Below, piece by piece: positions 24,095-37,077 of a stretch of 64,000 bases of DNA. Every line of letters starts with the position of its first letter. Position 1 is the first letter of the stretch. Below the pieces are notes generated by a model. That model saw nothing but the letters and a program-made list of their open reading frames with translations, made no database searches and was not told the DNA's origin. Made by a program: the position numbers and the translations under genes. The DNA comes from Lama guanicoe (Eukaryota), in contig MU056029.1 of NCBI GenBank assembly GCA_013239625.1, positions 744,001-808,000 of the forward strand. Reading direction: 5' to 3'.

Positions 24095-25640
24095 TTTTTA
24101 TTTAAAATTTTTCATTGAAGTGTGGTTGATTTACAATATAGATTTCAGGTATAAAATACAGTGAGTCACAATTTCTAAAGGCTATAATCTTTATAATTAT
24201 TATAACATATTGGCTGTATTCCCTGTGTTGTACAGCATATCCTTGTAGCTTACTTATTTTACAATTGTGGTCTGGACCTCTTAATCCCCTGCCTCTGTTT
24301 TGCCCCTCCCCTCCACTCTCTCCCCACTGGTAACCACTAGTTTGTTGTTCCCTCTGTATCTGTGAGTCTGTTTCTTTGTTGTTATAGTCACCAGTTTGTT
24401 TATTTTTTAGATGCACATATAAGTGATATCCTACACTATTTGTGTTTATCTGTCTGACTTATTTCACTAAGCATAATACCCTGCAGTTCCATCCCTGTTG
24501 TTGCAAATGGCAGAATTTCATTCTTTTATGTGATAGGGTAGTATTCCTGTATATGTATATATGTATGTCTGTATCCATATGTAACACATTTTTTTCCATT
24601 CACCTGGTGGACACTTAAGTTGCTTCCATACCTTGGCTATTGTAAACAATACTGCTACAAACACAGGTGCATGTACCTTTTTGAGTTAGTGTTTTCATTT
24701 CTTTGGATATACCCAGCAGTGGATTTGCTGGACCATGGGGTAGGTTTTTTTTTTGGTTTTTGAGAAACATCCATACTGTTTTCTACAGCAGCTGTACTAA
24801 TTTAGAGTCCCACCAACAGGATTTCCTTTTCTCCGCATCCTCACCAACATTTGTTATTTGTAGACTTTTTGATGATGGCCATCCTGACAGGTGCAAGACG
24901 ATATCTCATTGTGGTTTTGATTTGCATTTCTGATGATTACTGATGTTGTGCATTTTTTCATGTGCCTGTTGGCCATCTGTATGTTTTCTTTGGGAGAACA
25001 TCTACTCAGATCTTCCACGTATGTTTTTAATTGGCTTGTTCATCTTTTTGATGTTGAGCTGTTTGTGTATTTTGGATGTTAACCCCTGATCAATCATATC
25101 ATTTACAAATATTTTCTTCCATTCAGTAGACTGTCTTTTCATTTTGTTGAAGGTTAACTTTGCTGTGCAAAACTTTTAAAGTTTAATTAGGTCCCATTTA
25201 CTTATTTTGTTTCCTTTGCCTTAGGAGACATATCCAAAAATATTATTACAATTTTTGTCAAACAATGTTCTGACTATGTTTTCCTCTGGGAGTTTCATGA
25301 TTTCTGGTCTCATATTTAGGTCTTTAATCTATTTTAATGGTTTTTTTAATATGTTGTGAGAAAATGTTCTAATTTTATTCTTTTACATGTAGGTGTCCAG
25401 TTTTCCTAGCACTGCTTACTGAAGGGTCTTTCTTCATTGTGTGTTCTTGCATCCTTTGTCATAGATTAAATGACTCTAAATGCGTCAGTTTATTTCTGGG
25501 CTCTCTAGTCTGTTCTGTTGAGCTATCTATTTCTGTGCCAGCACCATGCTGTTTTTATGATTGCAGCTTTATTTATACTGCTGTCTGAAGTCAGAAAGCA
25601 AGATACCTCCAGCTCTGTTCCTCTTTGTCATTGTTTTGGC
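24095..25640 (-). mobile_element. L1 3' UTR plus ORF2 3' part
   Basis: Continuous antisense L1 from cattgaagtgtggttgatttacaat to tgaagtcagaaagcaagatacctccagct. Confidence 0.92.
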
Positions 25641-25679
25641 TATTCAGGGTCTTCTGGTCTGTTTGGTTCTTTTTTGTTT

Positions 25680-26880
25680 TTTAACTTTTTTTTTAAGTTC
25701 TCATTGTGTTCATCCATTCTTCTCCTGAGTTCATTGAGCATCTCTCTGGTCATTGCCTTGAATTCTTTATTGGTAGATTGCTCATCTCTACTTCACTAAG
25801 CTTTTCTTCTAGGGTTTTATCTTCTTTTTTCACTTGGAACATATTCCTTTTTGTCTCATTTTGCCTGATTCTCTGTTATTATTTCTATGCACTAGGTAGA
25901 TTGTTTACATTTCCCAATCTTGGAGAAGTGGCTTTATGTAAGACGGATCCTGTGGGGCCCAGCATCAGAGTCGTCTCTGTTTATCAGAGCTGTGTGCTCT
26001 AGGGATGCCCCCATGTGGGCGGCGTGAGCCCTTCTGCTCTGGTGGGGCTGAGCACTGTGGGTGTGTCAGTAGGGCTAAGTCCCAAGCTAACTGGGGACTG
26101 AGGGACACCTGTGGCTGCTGAAGCCTGTTGGTGCGTGGGGCTGTGCTCACACACAGCTAGCTGCTTGGCTGGGGTTGAGGGGTTCCCAGGACTGATGGCC
26201 ACTGGCTGGCACATAGGGCCAGGTCCCAATGCTAATTAAGCTACAAGGAAGATTCCACAATGGTGCTTGCCAGAACCAGTGTCCTTGTGGTAGAATGAGT
26301 TCCCAATAAAGGCTTCCACCAGCATCTTTGTCCCTAGGTGTAGTTCCAGTTGCTTCCTGCTGCTCCAGAAGGCTCTCCAAGATCAGCAAGTTTGGTCTGA
26401 CCGAGGCTCGTTTCCAATTACTGCTTTTGCCCTGGATCTTGAGTTGTTTTTAGGTTTTGTTTGTTTGCTTTATGTGCCCTTTATCAGCCCTTTGGCTCCC
26501 CTGAAAGCATGCCCTCCTGGCTTTCAAAGTCATACCTTCTTCTCATCTTCCTGTTGTAGATCCCCCAGACTGGGGATCCCAAAGTGGGGCTGGACCCTTC
26601 ACTCCTCGGGAAGAACCTCTGTAGTTGTGATCACCCTTCCTTTTGTGGGTTGCCTGTTCGGGGTGGGGGTCTTGACGGTACCTCATCTCTGCCCTTCCTG
26701 TGCATCTTGTTGTGGTTCCGTCTTTATATCTTTAGTTGTAGATCTTTTTTTTTTTTTGCTACAAATGTCCAAGTTGTCCTCACTGATAGTTGCTCCGTAG
26801 ATAGTTGTGATTTTGGGGTGCCCATGGGAGGAGGGGGGCTCAGGGTCTTCTACACTGCCACGTTGGACATTCTTCCAGAT
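25680..26880 (-). mobile_element. L1 5' UTR plus ORF1 start
   Basis: Homologous to 51950-53170 (ttctcctgagttcattgagcatc vs ctcctcttgagttctctgaacatc; cttggagaagtggc vs cttggagaggtggc). Confidence 0.8.
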
Positions 26881-26884
26881 CATC

Positions 26885-27800
26885 CATGATTTCGGATGAG
26901 AAGTCAGCTGTTAATTTTTTGTGGTTCTCTTGCACATGCTGAATTTTGAACCTGAATTTTACACAGGAGTCTGGTGCACAAAGTCATGTACTTGAGTGTT
27001 GTTGCTTAAAAGGGTTTCTCTTCATCTTTGGCTTTGTCTGGGTAAGGGTCTCTCCTGTGTTTAAAAATAAAATTGGCTGCTTGGATTTCACTCAGCTGCT
27101 TGGATGTGATGACTAGAGTTTTCATCAAATTTGTTGGGAGTTTTCAGCCATTACTTCTCTACATATGTTTTCTGCCCCCTTTTCTCTCTCGCCTCCTTCT
27201 GTTATCCCCATTACGTTTGTCTTGATGTGCTTATGGCATTCTGTGTTTCTCTGGGGCTCTATTTGCTTTTTCCCCTTTGAGTTCTTCAGTCTGCATAATC
27301 GCTATTAATCAGTCATCAAATCTGCTGATTCTTCCCTCTGCCAACTCGAATCTTCTGTTGAGCCTCTCCAGCGATTTTGTCATTGCAGTTATTGTATATT
27401 TTTCACTCTAACATTTACACTAGTCTTCCGTATTCAGTTTCTATCTGTTGACATTCTTTATTTGATGAGTTGCTCTTATAATGTCTTTAATTCTTTAAAC
27501 ATGATCTCCTTCAGTTCTGTCAACATATTTGTAGAAAGTACTTTTAAGTACCTCTCTGCTAGGTCCAACGTGTGTGTCTTCTCAAAGGCAATTTCTACCA
27601 CCAGCCATTTTCCCCTCTGTATGGCCACTCTTTCCCCACCCTTTCCTGTTTCTGTGCATGTCTCACATTTCATGTTGTTGGAAACTAGACATTTTAAAGA
27701 ATATAGGGTAACAACTATGACTACTGATTCCCCCTTCCAATGGCTTGTTGGTTTGGTTATTTGTTGACTGGACTAATTCTATGTATCTATTTTCTCTACA
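26885..27800 (-). mobile_element. Older L1 ORF1 region, decayed
   Basis: gatgagaagtcagctgttaat, ttttcagccattacttct, tctttaaacatgatctccttcagttctgtcaacatatt (minus-strand translation ...TNMLTELKEIMFKELK). Confidence 0.75.
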
Positions 27801-28039
27801 TCGCACAGCCTCAGGTATCCCTACTTAGATGTTTTCCCCTAGTTTTTCTTTTAGATGGCGGCTTCCTAAGAGTCACCCTTTGGTCTTCATAAACAACCCA
27901 TTGGCCAAAAATTGTGCTTTAGCCCCCGTAGCCACTTACATTTTCACCCTTTACCTATTTACACATGTGTGTGGCTTATGGACTGACTTCTTTCCTTGTT
28001 CAAAGAGTTTATGACTTTGCCCATGTTAATCCAGGGGCT

Positions 28040-28845
28040 AGACTTCATTTTTGTTTCTGGCACAGAGCTCCTAAAACCCTTAAAATTTCCTAAGTGATAA
28101 GAGCAATAAAATTTTTTTAACTGAAGTATACGATAGGTCCTTGTTGTTTATCGGTTTTATATATAGTCGTATGTACACATTAACCTCAAACTCCTAATTT
28201 ATCCCTCCCCCCCTTCCCTTTTGGTAACCATAGTTTGTTTTCTATGTCTGTGAATCTATTTCTGGTCTGTAAATAAGTTCATTTCTATTATTTTCTTTTT
28301 AGATTCCACACATAAGTGATATCATACAATATTTGTCTTTGTCTGTCTGACTTAATTCACTTAGTATGAATACCACTAGGTACATCCATGTTGCTGCAAA
28401 TGGCATTATTTCATTCTTTTTTGTGGCTGAGTAGTAGTCCATTGTATATATATACCACATCTTCTTTATCCATTCATTTGTCTATCAACATTTAGTTTGC
28501 TTCCATCACTTGGCTATTGTTTTGATATTCATAACAAACCCCTTTTAACCACTTCTGTGCTTGTTAATGAGGTAATTTGAGGAAAGCTCTTAGAAAACCA
28601 CAGGATAGAAGTTGGTTGCCAGGGGAACCAACCCAGAATAGTGAGTTGGGACTTCCAGTACAATCACCTGACCTCTGGGGAGAGGAGAGTGGCTGGAACC
28701 AATCACCAATGGCCAGTGATTTACTCAATCATGGCTATGTAATGAAGCCTCCATAAATACTCAACACTACTGAGTTCAGAAAGCTTTTAGGTTGGTGAGC
28801 ACATCAAGGTGTTGGGAGTGTGGCAGGTCTGGAGAGGACATGGCC
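28040..28845 (+). mobile_element. MER21-like LTR interrupted by an L1 fragment
   Basis: ctggcacagagctcctaaaaccctt...; resumes after the L1 with ggttgccaggggaaccaacc, caatcaccaatggccagtgattt and aatgaagcctccataaa. Confidence 0.8.
28111..28520 (-). mobile_element. L1 3' end fragment nested in the MER21-like LTR
   Basis: ctcctaatttatccctcccc, agattccacacataagtgatatc, atccatgttgctgcaaatggc. Confidence 0.9.
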
Positions 28846-30348
28846 TCCTGCCAGTCAACGCCCATAATCTCTCTCATATTTTATGTTTTACTAATTCTAT
28901 TGTCACAGCACTTCTTTAAACATGCCATACTTTTATGCTTTTTCACATACTGCTCCTCTACCTGGTGAGCCCCTGCAGTTCCTGTCAACTTGCTAATGTT
29001 TCATTCCTCTTGCAAAACCTCAGTCTGACTCCAAACTGGTTCAGTTTTCTGAAAACGTTTTAATTATGGGTTCTCTGACTTGTTTTCCATGTCTTATTCC
29101 ACCTCCTCCCATTTCCATCAAGAATGTGACCTCTTAGGGGTAAGAACATGCTGTATTTACCTTTGTGTACCCCAGCCTTATGGCAGTGCCTGGCAGAGAG
29201 GAGACACACAGGCCATCTTTGATGAACGGGACTTGACCATTAAACTCTGTACAGGTCAACCATGCCAGGAGTATAGCAGAGGGACTCTGGGGAGTGGAAA
29301 TGAGGCCACAGGAAGCAATCCAGCCATATGAGCAGCAAGTGATGACTGCCAGTCTGAAAGGAGGCAGGGTGTGATGTTTATAATCCCTGGGATGCTGGCA
29401 TATATATAATGTTTATAGTAAGCCCTGAGGGGTACAAGATGAACTTGACTCATTCTGTCCCCTGGGATGGCATTACTAGAATGCAGGTTGGACATTATAG
29501 CAAATCCAGATGGACCCCAAATAAGGCCTGGTGCTTTCTTATGATAAGTCCCTCTAACTGTACCACAGGCGTCTAGGGAGACAATGAGGGCCAGATGGTC
29601 GTGGCAGGAGGTGTGGGGCAGACAGTGGGCAGAGCTCTGAATCAAGGATTCCACGGTTCCCCCAGGATGTCCACACATGGGTATATTCAGCACCAGAGGA
29701 AGACCTGTGGAGAACTCAGGGCTCAAGCCTCCAAAGAGAAACTTGGGGTTAGTGGACAGATCTGGGGACCCAAAACATCAGGAAAATTCCAGAGCCATTG
29801 CAACCCATGGTAAATCTCCTTAAGACCATTTATTTGAAGGTGGGAAATAAACATGTGGCTAAAAGGAGGATCAGATGAGTAAGCTGCCCCACATCTCAAG
29901 CTGTACCAGGGGGCCAGGCCTCTTCTCTCCTCCCAGCTTAGGGTGCCCTGAGCTCAGGAGACACCCTCTGTCTTCACGTCCTTCTCCTGGTGAAGCCCTC
30001 ACTTTGTGGCATCCATCTCCTGACTCCTGCAGCAAGCTCACTGGTGACAGAGCAGGACAGAGAGTTTTAAAGATGCTGCAGGACCTCTGCTCCTGGCACC
30101 TCAGCAGGATGCAAAGCATGGGCTCTAGTCCACTCAGTGGTCAGCAAGCCGACTTTGCAAGGGCTGAGAACTTGTGCAGTCTGGGAATGCTTAATACTGA
30201 ATCTTTCTCTGTGTTGCTTTGTGGAGCTGAATGGCTGTGACCAGGCCCCAGAAAGACATTTTGAGAGAATGTGGTCAGGCCCACTTATGCCTGTGTTGCT
30301 ATGGCAAGTCATCAAAAATAAACCCAATTCAAACACAGTTTTATCTGT

Positions 30349-30350
<2 letters not shown>

Positions 30351-30392
<42 letters not shown>
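30351..30392. repeat. Compound (TG)n(AG)n microsatellite
   Basis: Seen directly. Confidence 0.95.
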
Positions 30393-30393
<1 letters not shown>

Positions 30394-31331
30394 TTCCAAA
30401 ATTACCTGCACACAAGTGGTGTATTTTCTTCTGAACTTTTCCTTCCTTTGTAGATTGCACACTCAACCACCTTGAGAAATCCATCAGTAGATATTTTGTG
30501 TTATCCATCTTGCATGCAATATTTTGGCAAATAGCTCTTCCACTGAGCAGTACTCCACACTCATTACCAATGACTCACTCTTCTAACCATGGTTGGGGAA
30601 CTGGGGAGCCAAAGCAGAATAAAGACCATGCTTAAACCTGAGTGAGGAGGCCCATGAAAGAAAAGTGCCTCACGTATTCAGGACTACAGAGGTTAAGTGA
30701 AATACAGGCTTGTTGACTTTGTATCCAAAATATAAGAAAAATTGCCTGGAGGCTCCATTGTCAGCATCTTTGTGAATGATAAGGAGCACAGCAAACAAAC
30801 CGTCAGGAGGAAAACTGCTGATGGACATCAGTTCAGGGGGTACTGACACACCCTGCTTCTTGCTGGTTGTGCAGTTTACGTCTGACTGACACAGGGAAAG
30901 AGAAACAGACTTTGAAACCCTTGGATGTATTTGTTACTGGATCAAATTCCCCCTCCTCTCCCTTTAATTAGAAGCTCAGTTCTGACAAACTGGACCATTG
31001 GGATTTTTGCTGCTTTTGAAAGGGAAACCTGTCCTTTTCCAGCATCACAGTGGCGCCACTTGTGCACAGGTGAGGGCCCTCCAGTGTTCATTCCACAGCA
31101 GCCGGGCAGAGCTGATAAAAATAGGGCCGGGAGCAGAGGCAACAGATAAATGAGTGCAGAGGCTCAGCTCTCAATTTCAGCTGCCAAGAAGCAATGTGCT
31201 TGCCATAGGTTTTGTGTTGCATCTTCTAGGCTCAACGTGCCAGTTTTTCTGTTATCTCCCTCTCACTGGAGAAACAGCCAGTTGGGAGGGCTCAGCATTG
31301 ATCTGACTGATCAGCAAGGTATGACTGTGGA

Positions 31332-31470
31332 GGGGGAAGGGTATAGCTCAGTGGCAGAGCCCGTGCCTAGCACGCATGAGGGCCTGGGATCAATCCCCAG
31401 TACTTCCTCCAAATATAAGAAAGCTTAATTGTGTCCCCCCAATAAAATACAACAATAATAAATAAATGAA
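31332..31470 (+). mobile_element. tRNA-derived SINE (Vic-1-like)
   Basis: gggggaagggtatagctcagtggcagagc...ctgggatcaatccccagtac followed by an A-rich tail. Confidence 0.92.
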
Positions 31471-31768
31471 ATATTTAAAATATATATTATTCCATGGTGA
31501 CAGTAATAAATAATAGTATTAGAGTTTAATTACAGGTTAAGAATAACAATTAAAAAGAAAAATAAATTTTATTTTCAAATATCCAAAGTCAGTAAAATAT
31601 TTCACACCTGACCTGAAGTTTGCACTTAAATAAAATTTGTTCCTTTCAAACACAGACTCAAGGTGGTCGTGGGAAATGACTTAATTGAAGTAACTCAGAT
31701 TCTGTTTTTCCATCTTACATTCACTGTGCTCTTATCATTTATTTTGGAGAATCTTTTTTTCAGTATCA

Positions 31769-31899
31769 ATTTTTATTATTGTTGCGGAGGAGGTAATTAG
31801 GTTTACTTATTTACTGATTGATGGAGGGACCGGGGATTGAGCCCAAGACCTCGTGCAGCATGCCAAGCACGTGCCGTACCCCTGAGCTGTACCTTCCCC
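31769..31899 (-). mobile_element. tRNA-derived SINE (Vic-1-like)
   Basis: Reverse complement ggggaaggtacagctcagggg...gtcttgggctcaatccccggtccctcca...aacctaattacctcc. Confidence 0.9.
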
Positions 31900-32186
31900 G
31901 CTACCTTCTTGTCATTTCTTTTGGATCTACTGTTTCAGTGCAGGAGCGTGTAGTCCACAGTGACTGGAGACAAAGCAAGTGACTCCGGACCATCAGAACT
32001 TACTTTCAAGAGAGATGCTGGGTCGCTGAGTCCACGTGTTTGGGCTGACAGCATTACTGAGATTTCTGCAGATTTACTTCTACGTAAAATGCAATGCTTA
32101 TTAAAGGACACGTTATTCAAATGCACTGACTTGAATATTTTACATGTATTATTACAAGTCAACAGTAATTGCAGCACATGTTAAGA

Positions 32187-32385
32187 CCAGTGGTTCTCAG
32201 TGGGGTGTGACTTTGGCCCTCAAGGAAGTTTTGGCAATGTCTGATGTATTTCTGGTTGCTGCAGCTGAGTGGGAGTCGGTCTACTGACAGCGAGTGGGTA
32301 GCTACCACTAGACAACCCACAGCGCTCAGGACAGCCGTCCTCCCCAGCAAGATAGTCAAAACGTCCATATGAGAAGCTCTGGTTT
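32187..32385. mobile_element. MER20-like hAT MITE
   Basis: cagtggttctca...ttggcaatgtctg...tggttg...gagtgggtag...caggacagcc...gagaagctctg. Confidence 0.8.
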
Positions 32386-32589
32386 AGATACCATATCTCC
32401 CAAAGACGTTTTCAGAGAGAAATATTTCACTCCTGTGTTGTTTAGAGTTACTAGCATAACGTAATAAAAACAGAAAAGCTTTCAGTCAATTTTATTATTA
32501 TTTATTTATTATCATATTATCATTATTGTATAAAATACAATTATGTTATTATTTATTAAAATTACTGCCTGAAGTTGGGGTTGCACTGG

Positions 32590-33085
32590 CCTGCATCTGG
32601 TGTATCCCAGTATCCTTAGTAATAAAACTCACTTCTGTAAAGGCACCAGATGAAGACCATTTCCCAGCTTCCCCTGTTTTATGGAACAGCCAGTAGGTAG
32701 CTCTATGACAGACTTTTAGTGACTGAAATGTCTGAGGAAAGGTGGTTTGGCAACTTCCAAGAAACCTCCTTCACGGTGTCTGGCCAGCACCCTTTGCCCA
32801 CTTCCTTCCTCTGTGTTTCATCTTACAACTTGCTGGCTGGAATACAAATGCAATGGCTGGAGTGTGATTCACAGTTTTGGAGTGCTGAAGATGACAGTCA
32901 TGCCCAGAGGACGGCGGAGCAGTGAGCTGGAAGGAGTCTGAGACTCTGATGTTTATATTAATAGAGGTCTGCTAGCCCTGGCTACATTCATATGATAGAG
33001 AAATGGGTTTCTGTCCTGTATAATCCAATGTCAATTAGGAGTAACTTCTTAAAAATTTTCAGTTGAATCTGATCCAATCAGATAC
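32590..33085 (+). mobile_element. Old MLT1-type LTR
   Basis: catttcccagcttccc, gagctggaaggagtctgag, end ttgaatctgatccaatcagataca. Confidence 0.6.
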
Positions 33086-33464
33086 CAAATATAGCTATCT
33101 CCAACTGCGGAATTTGTTCCATTGGCTTGTTGGGATGGAAACTTGGCCGTATCAATCTATCCTCAATTGCCACATTATTCATGGCTTAATATCATCCCCA
33201 GAGAAAAGTTTGCAGCCAGATTCAGTACCTGCTAGTAAATACGAATTTTCACAAACGTTCACAGTCAGTTGTTTCACACAAATAAAGCAGTTTTTCAGAA
33301 CTGTTCAAGTACCTCCCATCAGAATAATGTAAACACAGATCAAATATGTCCTGACTGACTGCTGGTCAGTTGTAAATTCAACTGGACCTTCAATTCAAAT
33401 TTGAAATAAACTGTAATGCAAACCTGTTAGCTTTCCAAATGCTAGGGTTATTTTTTTTAAACAA

Positions 33465-34765
33465 TATCAACTACTTATATGTCTATGATCAGCTGATTTT
33501 GACCAGGGTGCCAAGGTCATTTAAAGGAGAAAGTACAGACTTCCAAAAAATGGTGCTGGGAAAACTGGGTGATCACATGTAAAAGAATGAATTTGGTTTC
33601 TTATCTCATACTGTATTCAAAATTAACTTAAAATAGATCAATGACCAAAACATAAGAGCTAAATCTCTTAAAAAAAAAAAAGAAAGAAGTAAATCTTTAT
33701 GGGTGTGGGCCTAATAATGGATTCTTAGATATAACATTAAAAGCAAAAGGAAAAAAAGAAAAAATAAGTAAGCAGGACTTAATCAAAATAAAAAATTTTT
33801 GCATAAGAGGACACCATACAGAAAGTAAAGAGACAACCCACAGAATAGGAGACAGTATTTGCAAACCATTTATCTGATAAGGTACTTGTGTTTAAAACAT
33901 ATAAAGAATTCTTAAACCTCAACAATAAAAAGAAAAATAATCCAATTAAAAATGGGCAATGGATCTGAATAAGTATTTCTCCAGGGAAGATATAAAATGA
34001 CCAATTAGCACATGAAAAGATGTTTATATCACTAGTCATCAGGAAAATGCAAATCAAAACCACAATGAGATACCACTTCACATCCACTAGGATGGCTAGA
34101 ATTAACAAATCAGATAATAACAATTGTTGGGAAAAATTGGAACACTCGTAACAGTGATGGTGGAAATGCAGAAATGTGCAGCCACTTTAGGAAACAGTAT
34201 AGAAGTTCCTCAAATGATTAAACATAATTATTATATCACTCACCAATTCCACTCCTACATAACCAAGAGAAATAGACACATCTGTTTGAGCAACTTGTAC
34301 ATGAATGTTCAGAGCAGCTTTATTCATAAGAAACAAAAAGTGGAAACAATTCAAATGTCTATCAGCTGATGAATGGGAAAACAAAATGTGGTTTATTCAT
34401 ATTATGGAGTATCATTCAGTATAAAAACAAAGTACTGATAGATGCTACAACATAGACAGACCTATGAAAACATTATGCAGACTGAAAGAAGCCAATCATA
34501 AAAGACCACATTTTGTGTATTCCATTCATATCAGTAGGAAAATCTGTAGAGACAGAAAATAGATTAGTACTTGCTTAGAACTTAAGGTAAGGGGTGGGGA
34601 GGGTTGAGAGATAATGAGTAAAGGATATGGGGTTTCTTTTTGAGGTAATGAAGATGTTCTAAAGTTGACTGTGGTGATGGGTGCACACATTTGAATGTAG
34701 TAAAAACTGTAAAGTTAAAATGAGTGAATTGTATCCTATGTGAATTACATCATAATAAAGCTGTT
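33465..34765 (+). mobile_element. L1M ORF2 3' end plus 3' UTR
   Basis: aaatggtgctgggaaaactgg, ggaaaatgcaaatcaaaaccacaatgagataccac; ends aataaagctgtt. Confidence 0.92.
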
Positions 34766-34769
34766 CAAA

Positions 34770-36185
34770 CTATATGGATGGCAAATAAGCCTATGAAAAG
34801 ATGCTTAATATTGCTAGTCATTAGGGAAATGCAAACTAAAGCCACAGTAAGATACCACTCCACACCAATTGAAAAACTGACCGTTGCCAAGTGTTGGTGA
34901 TGACGTGGAGGTGCTGGAATGCTTATGTACCAACCCACTAAATGAACAAGAAATTTATTGCTCAAGTGCTGAGTAAGTCTCTTGGACTCTTGGATTACTT
35001 TGAAACATTTTTATTTCCTGGATTTAATTTTCTTTGGAAAACAGTTTGTTAGTGCCTTAAAATGGTGAACATACACCTACCATAGGTCCCAGCCATTTTG
35101 CCCCAGATGTAGTGGAGGAATAGAAGAATACGGCCATGCAAGACTTGGACACAGATGTTCATAGCAGCCCTATTTTCAAGCTCCCAAATGGAAGCAGTCC
35201 AAACATCTATTGACAGTGAGTGGATGCACAGTCGGATATATTGAAACAATGGAACAGTACTCAACAACAACAAGAACTGAACTCTTGGTGTATGCTTACA
35301 ACATTGTTGAATTTTAGAATAGCTATTCTGAATGAAAGAAACCAGACCCGCCCCCCAAAAAAGTTGCAAAGATTATGATTTCGCTTACATAAAATTCTAG
35401 GAAATGCAAACCTCTATAGTGACAGAAAGCAGCGTTTGCCAGGGGCCTGGAGTTTGGAGAGGGTGTCAGGTGGAGGATAGTGACAGGAGGATTTACTAAG
35501 GGGTATGAAAAAACTTTCAGGCCCAGTGAGTGTATTGATTATCTTGATTGAACTTACGGCTTTACAAGTGCATATGTAATGAGGAAGAACAAACCTGACT
35601 CCATATTAGATCTGTCCTTTGGCTCTAACCCTGTGCTGTTTCCCATGCTGAGTCAGGCTGGTTCTGCACCTTTTGTAAAAGAATGTTGCCTAGAGCCTGA
35701 AATAGACAGGAGAGCCCATTCTCAAGGCTCTGTCCTTTAAGGGTAAAACACTTTCCCATTCATATAAAGATAAAAAGTTGCAGAACAGAAAGTAACATTT
35801 GTCTTATTGGAGGTTTACAGGAACACCATGACCTGAATCATGTGGACAGCTGCAAGAACAAAGAATTCCTACACCAAGAAGCTTGCAACAACCAACCACA
35901 TTCCCTCCCCTTTATAGTATAAAAGGAGCCTGAATTCTGACTTGGGGAAGATGGTTCTCTGAGACATTAGTCCCCCATCTTCTCAGTCTGCTAGCTTTCT
36001 GAATAAAGTTGCTATTCTTTGCCTCAGCACTTCGGCTTCCAACTTATTGGCCTGTCATGGGCAAGCAGAATGAGTTTGGGCTTGCTAACACATACATATG
36101 TTAAATTTTTTTCAAATTTTATCTGTTAAATATACGCACATTATCATATACCATTTATACCTCAACCAAATTGTTAATTAAAAAA
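34770..36185 (+). mobile_element. Older L1 (L1ME-like) 3' end, interrupted by an LTR
   Basis: agggaaatgcaaactaaagccacag, atgttcatagcagcc, ctatagtgacagaaagcag; resumes at 36091 and ends ccatttatacctcaaccaaattgtt. Confidence 0.85.
35575..36090 (+). mobile_element. ERV1-class solo LTR
   Basis: TGTAA...TAACA termini; perfect 4-bp TSD CATA (35571-35574 / 36091-36094); TATAAAA near 35918; AATAAA at 36002. Confidence 0.92.
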
Positions 36186-36348
36186 ATACTATGAACTAAT
36201 TTTTCCTTTGTATATTCTCCTTCTCCTGGAGTTGAGGATAATGAGCTTCTGCTGAGCATCAAGCCTCCAAGTTCTTCTTTCTCAGCTCATTAGAAGATTA
36301 TGACCCTAACTCAAAGAATACGCTTGTCTTTTGAAAAGGTCTTGTCTG

Positions 36349-36620
36349 TAGTAAACAAACCTACAATGACTAAGAGGAAAGGAGGTGGGAAGGGATATAT
36401 TTAGAGTGCAAGAATTGTTAATATCAACTGCTATATATAAAATAGATTGTTTTAAATGTCTTCTGTAGAGCACAGGGAACTATATTCAATACCTTGTAGT
36501 AACCTATAATGAAAAAGAATATGAAAATGAATATATATAAGCATATTTGTGACTAAAATATTATGTTCTACATCAGAAATCGACACATTGTAACTGAACA
36601 TACTTCAATAAATTTTTTAA
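36349..36620 (+). mobile_element. 5'-truncated young L1 3' end
   Basis: Perfect 15-bp TSD aaaaggtcttgtctg (36334-36348 / 36621-36635); gcacagggaactatattcaata...cttcaataaa. Confidence 0.93.
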
Positions 36621-36849
36621 AAAAGGTCTTGTCTGAATCAGGTCTTTTCTCCTGTTCCTTAGATATTGTTTGAACACACATGCAAAGAAGAGACTGGTTA
36701 AACAGTTGGGTACTGGCTTTCTCCTTGTCACTGCTTTTCCTTGTGATAAATTAACTCATATTGCAACAGGGATTATTGGACAGAAAAGAACACGTTTCTG
36801 AAGCACAGCATTCTAGAAAAATCACAGGAACGGAAAGGAGAAGACTAGA

Positions 36850-36955
36850 TTCCTGGTTAGCACTGCCAGCTGTCAGGTAAGACATTCAGACTCATTTGTC
36901 TCAGTTTCTTCTTTTGTAAAAGGGGATAAATGCTTCTCGTCTGCTTATCCTTTTG
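36850..36955 (+). mobile_element. MIR fragment
   Basis: gtctcagtttcttcttttgtaaaaggggataa. Confidence 0.6.
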
Positions 36956-37077
36956 TGATCAGCTGGCACAACAATTCAAAATGATGGGGTTTGTTTTTCC
37001 TGTATTACTTACTAGCAATGAGATCTTTAGTTTAGGGGTTGTATATTAGCTATCAAGAAATAGGTACAAACACTAAC

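Noticed and set aside
31332..31410. tRNA-like sequence (also at 5907, 31769, 38122, 59985, 62022)
   Set aside because: Diverged, A-tailed, multi-copy and in one case TSD-flanked: SINEs rather than tRNA genes
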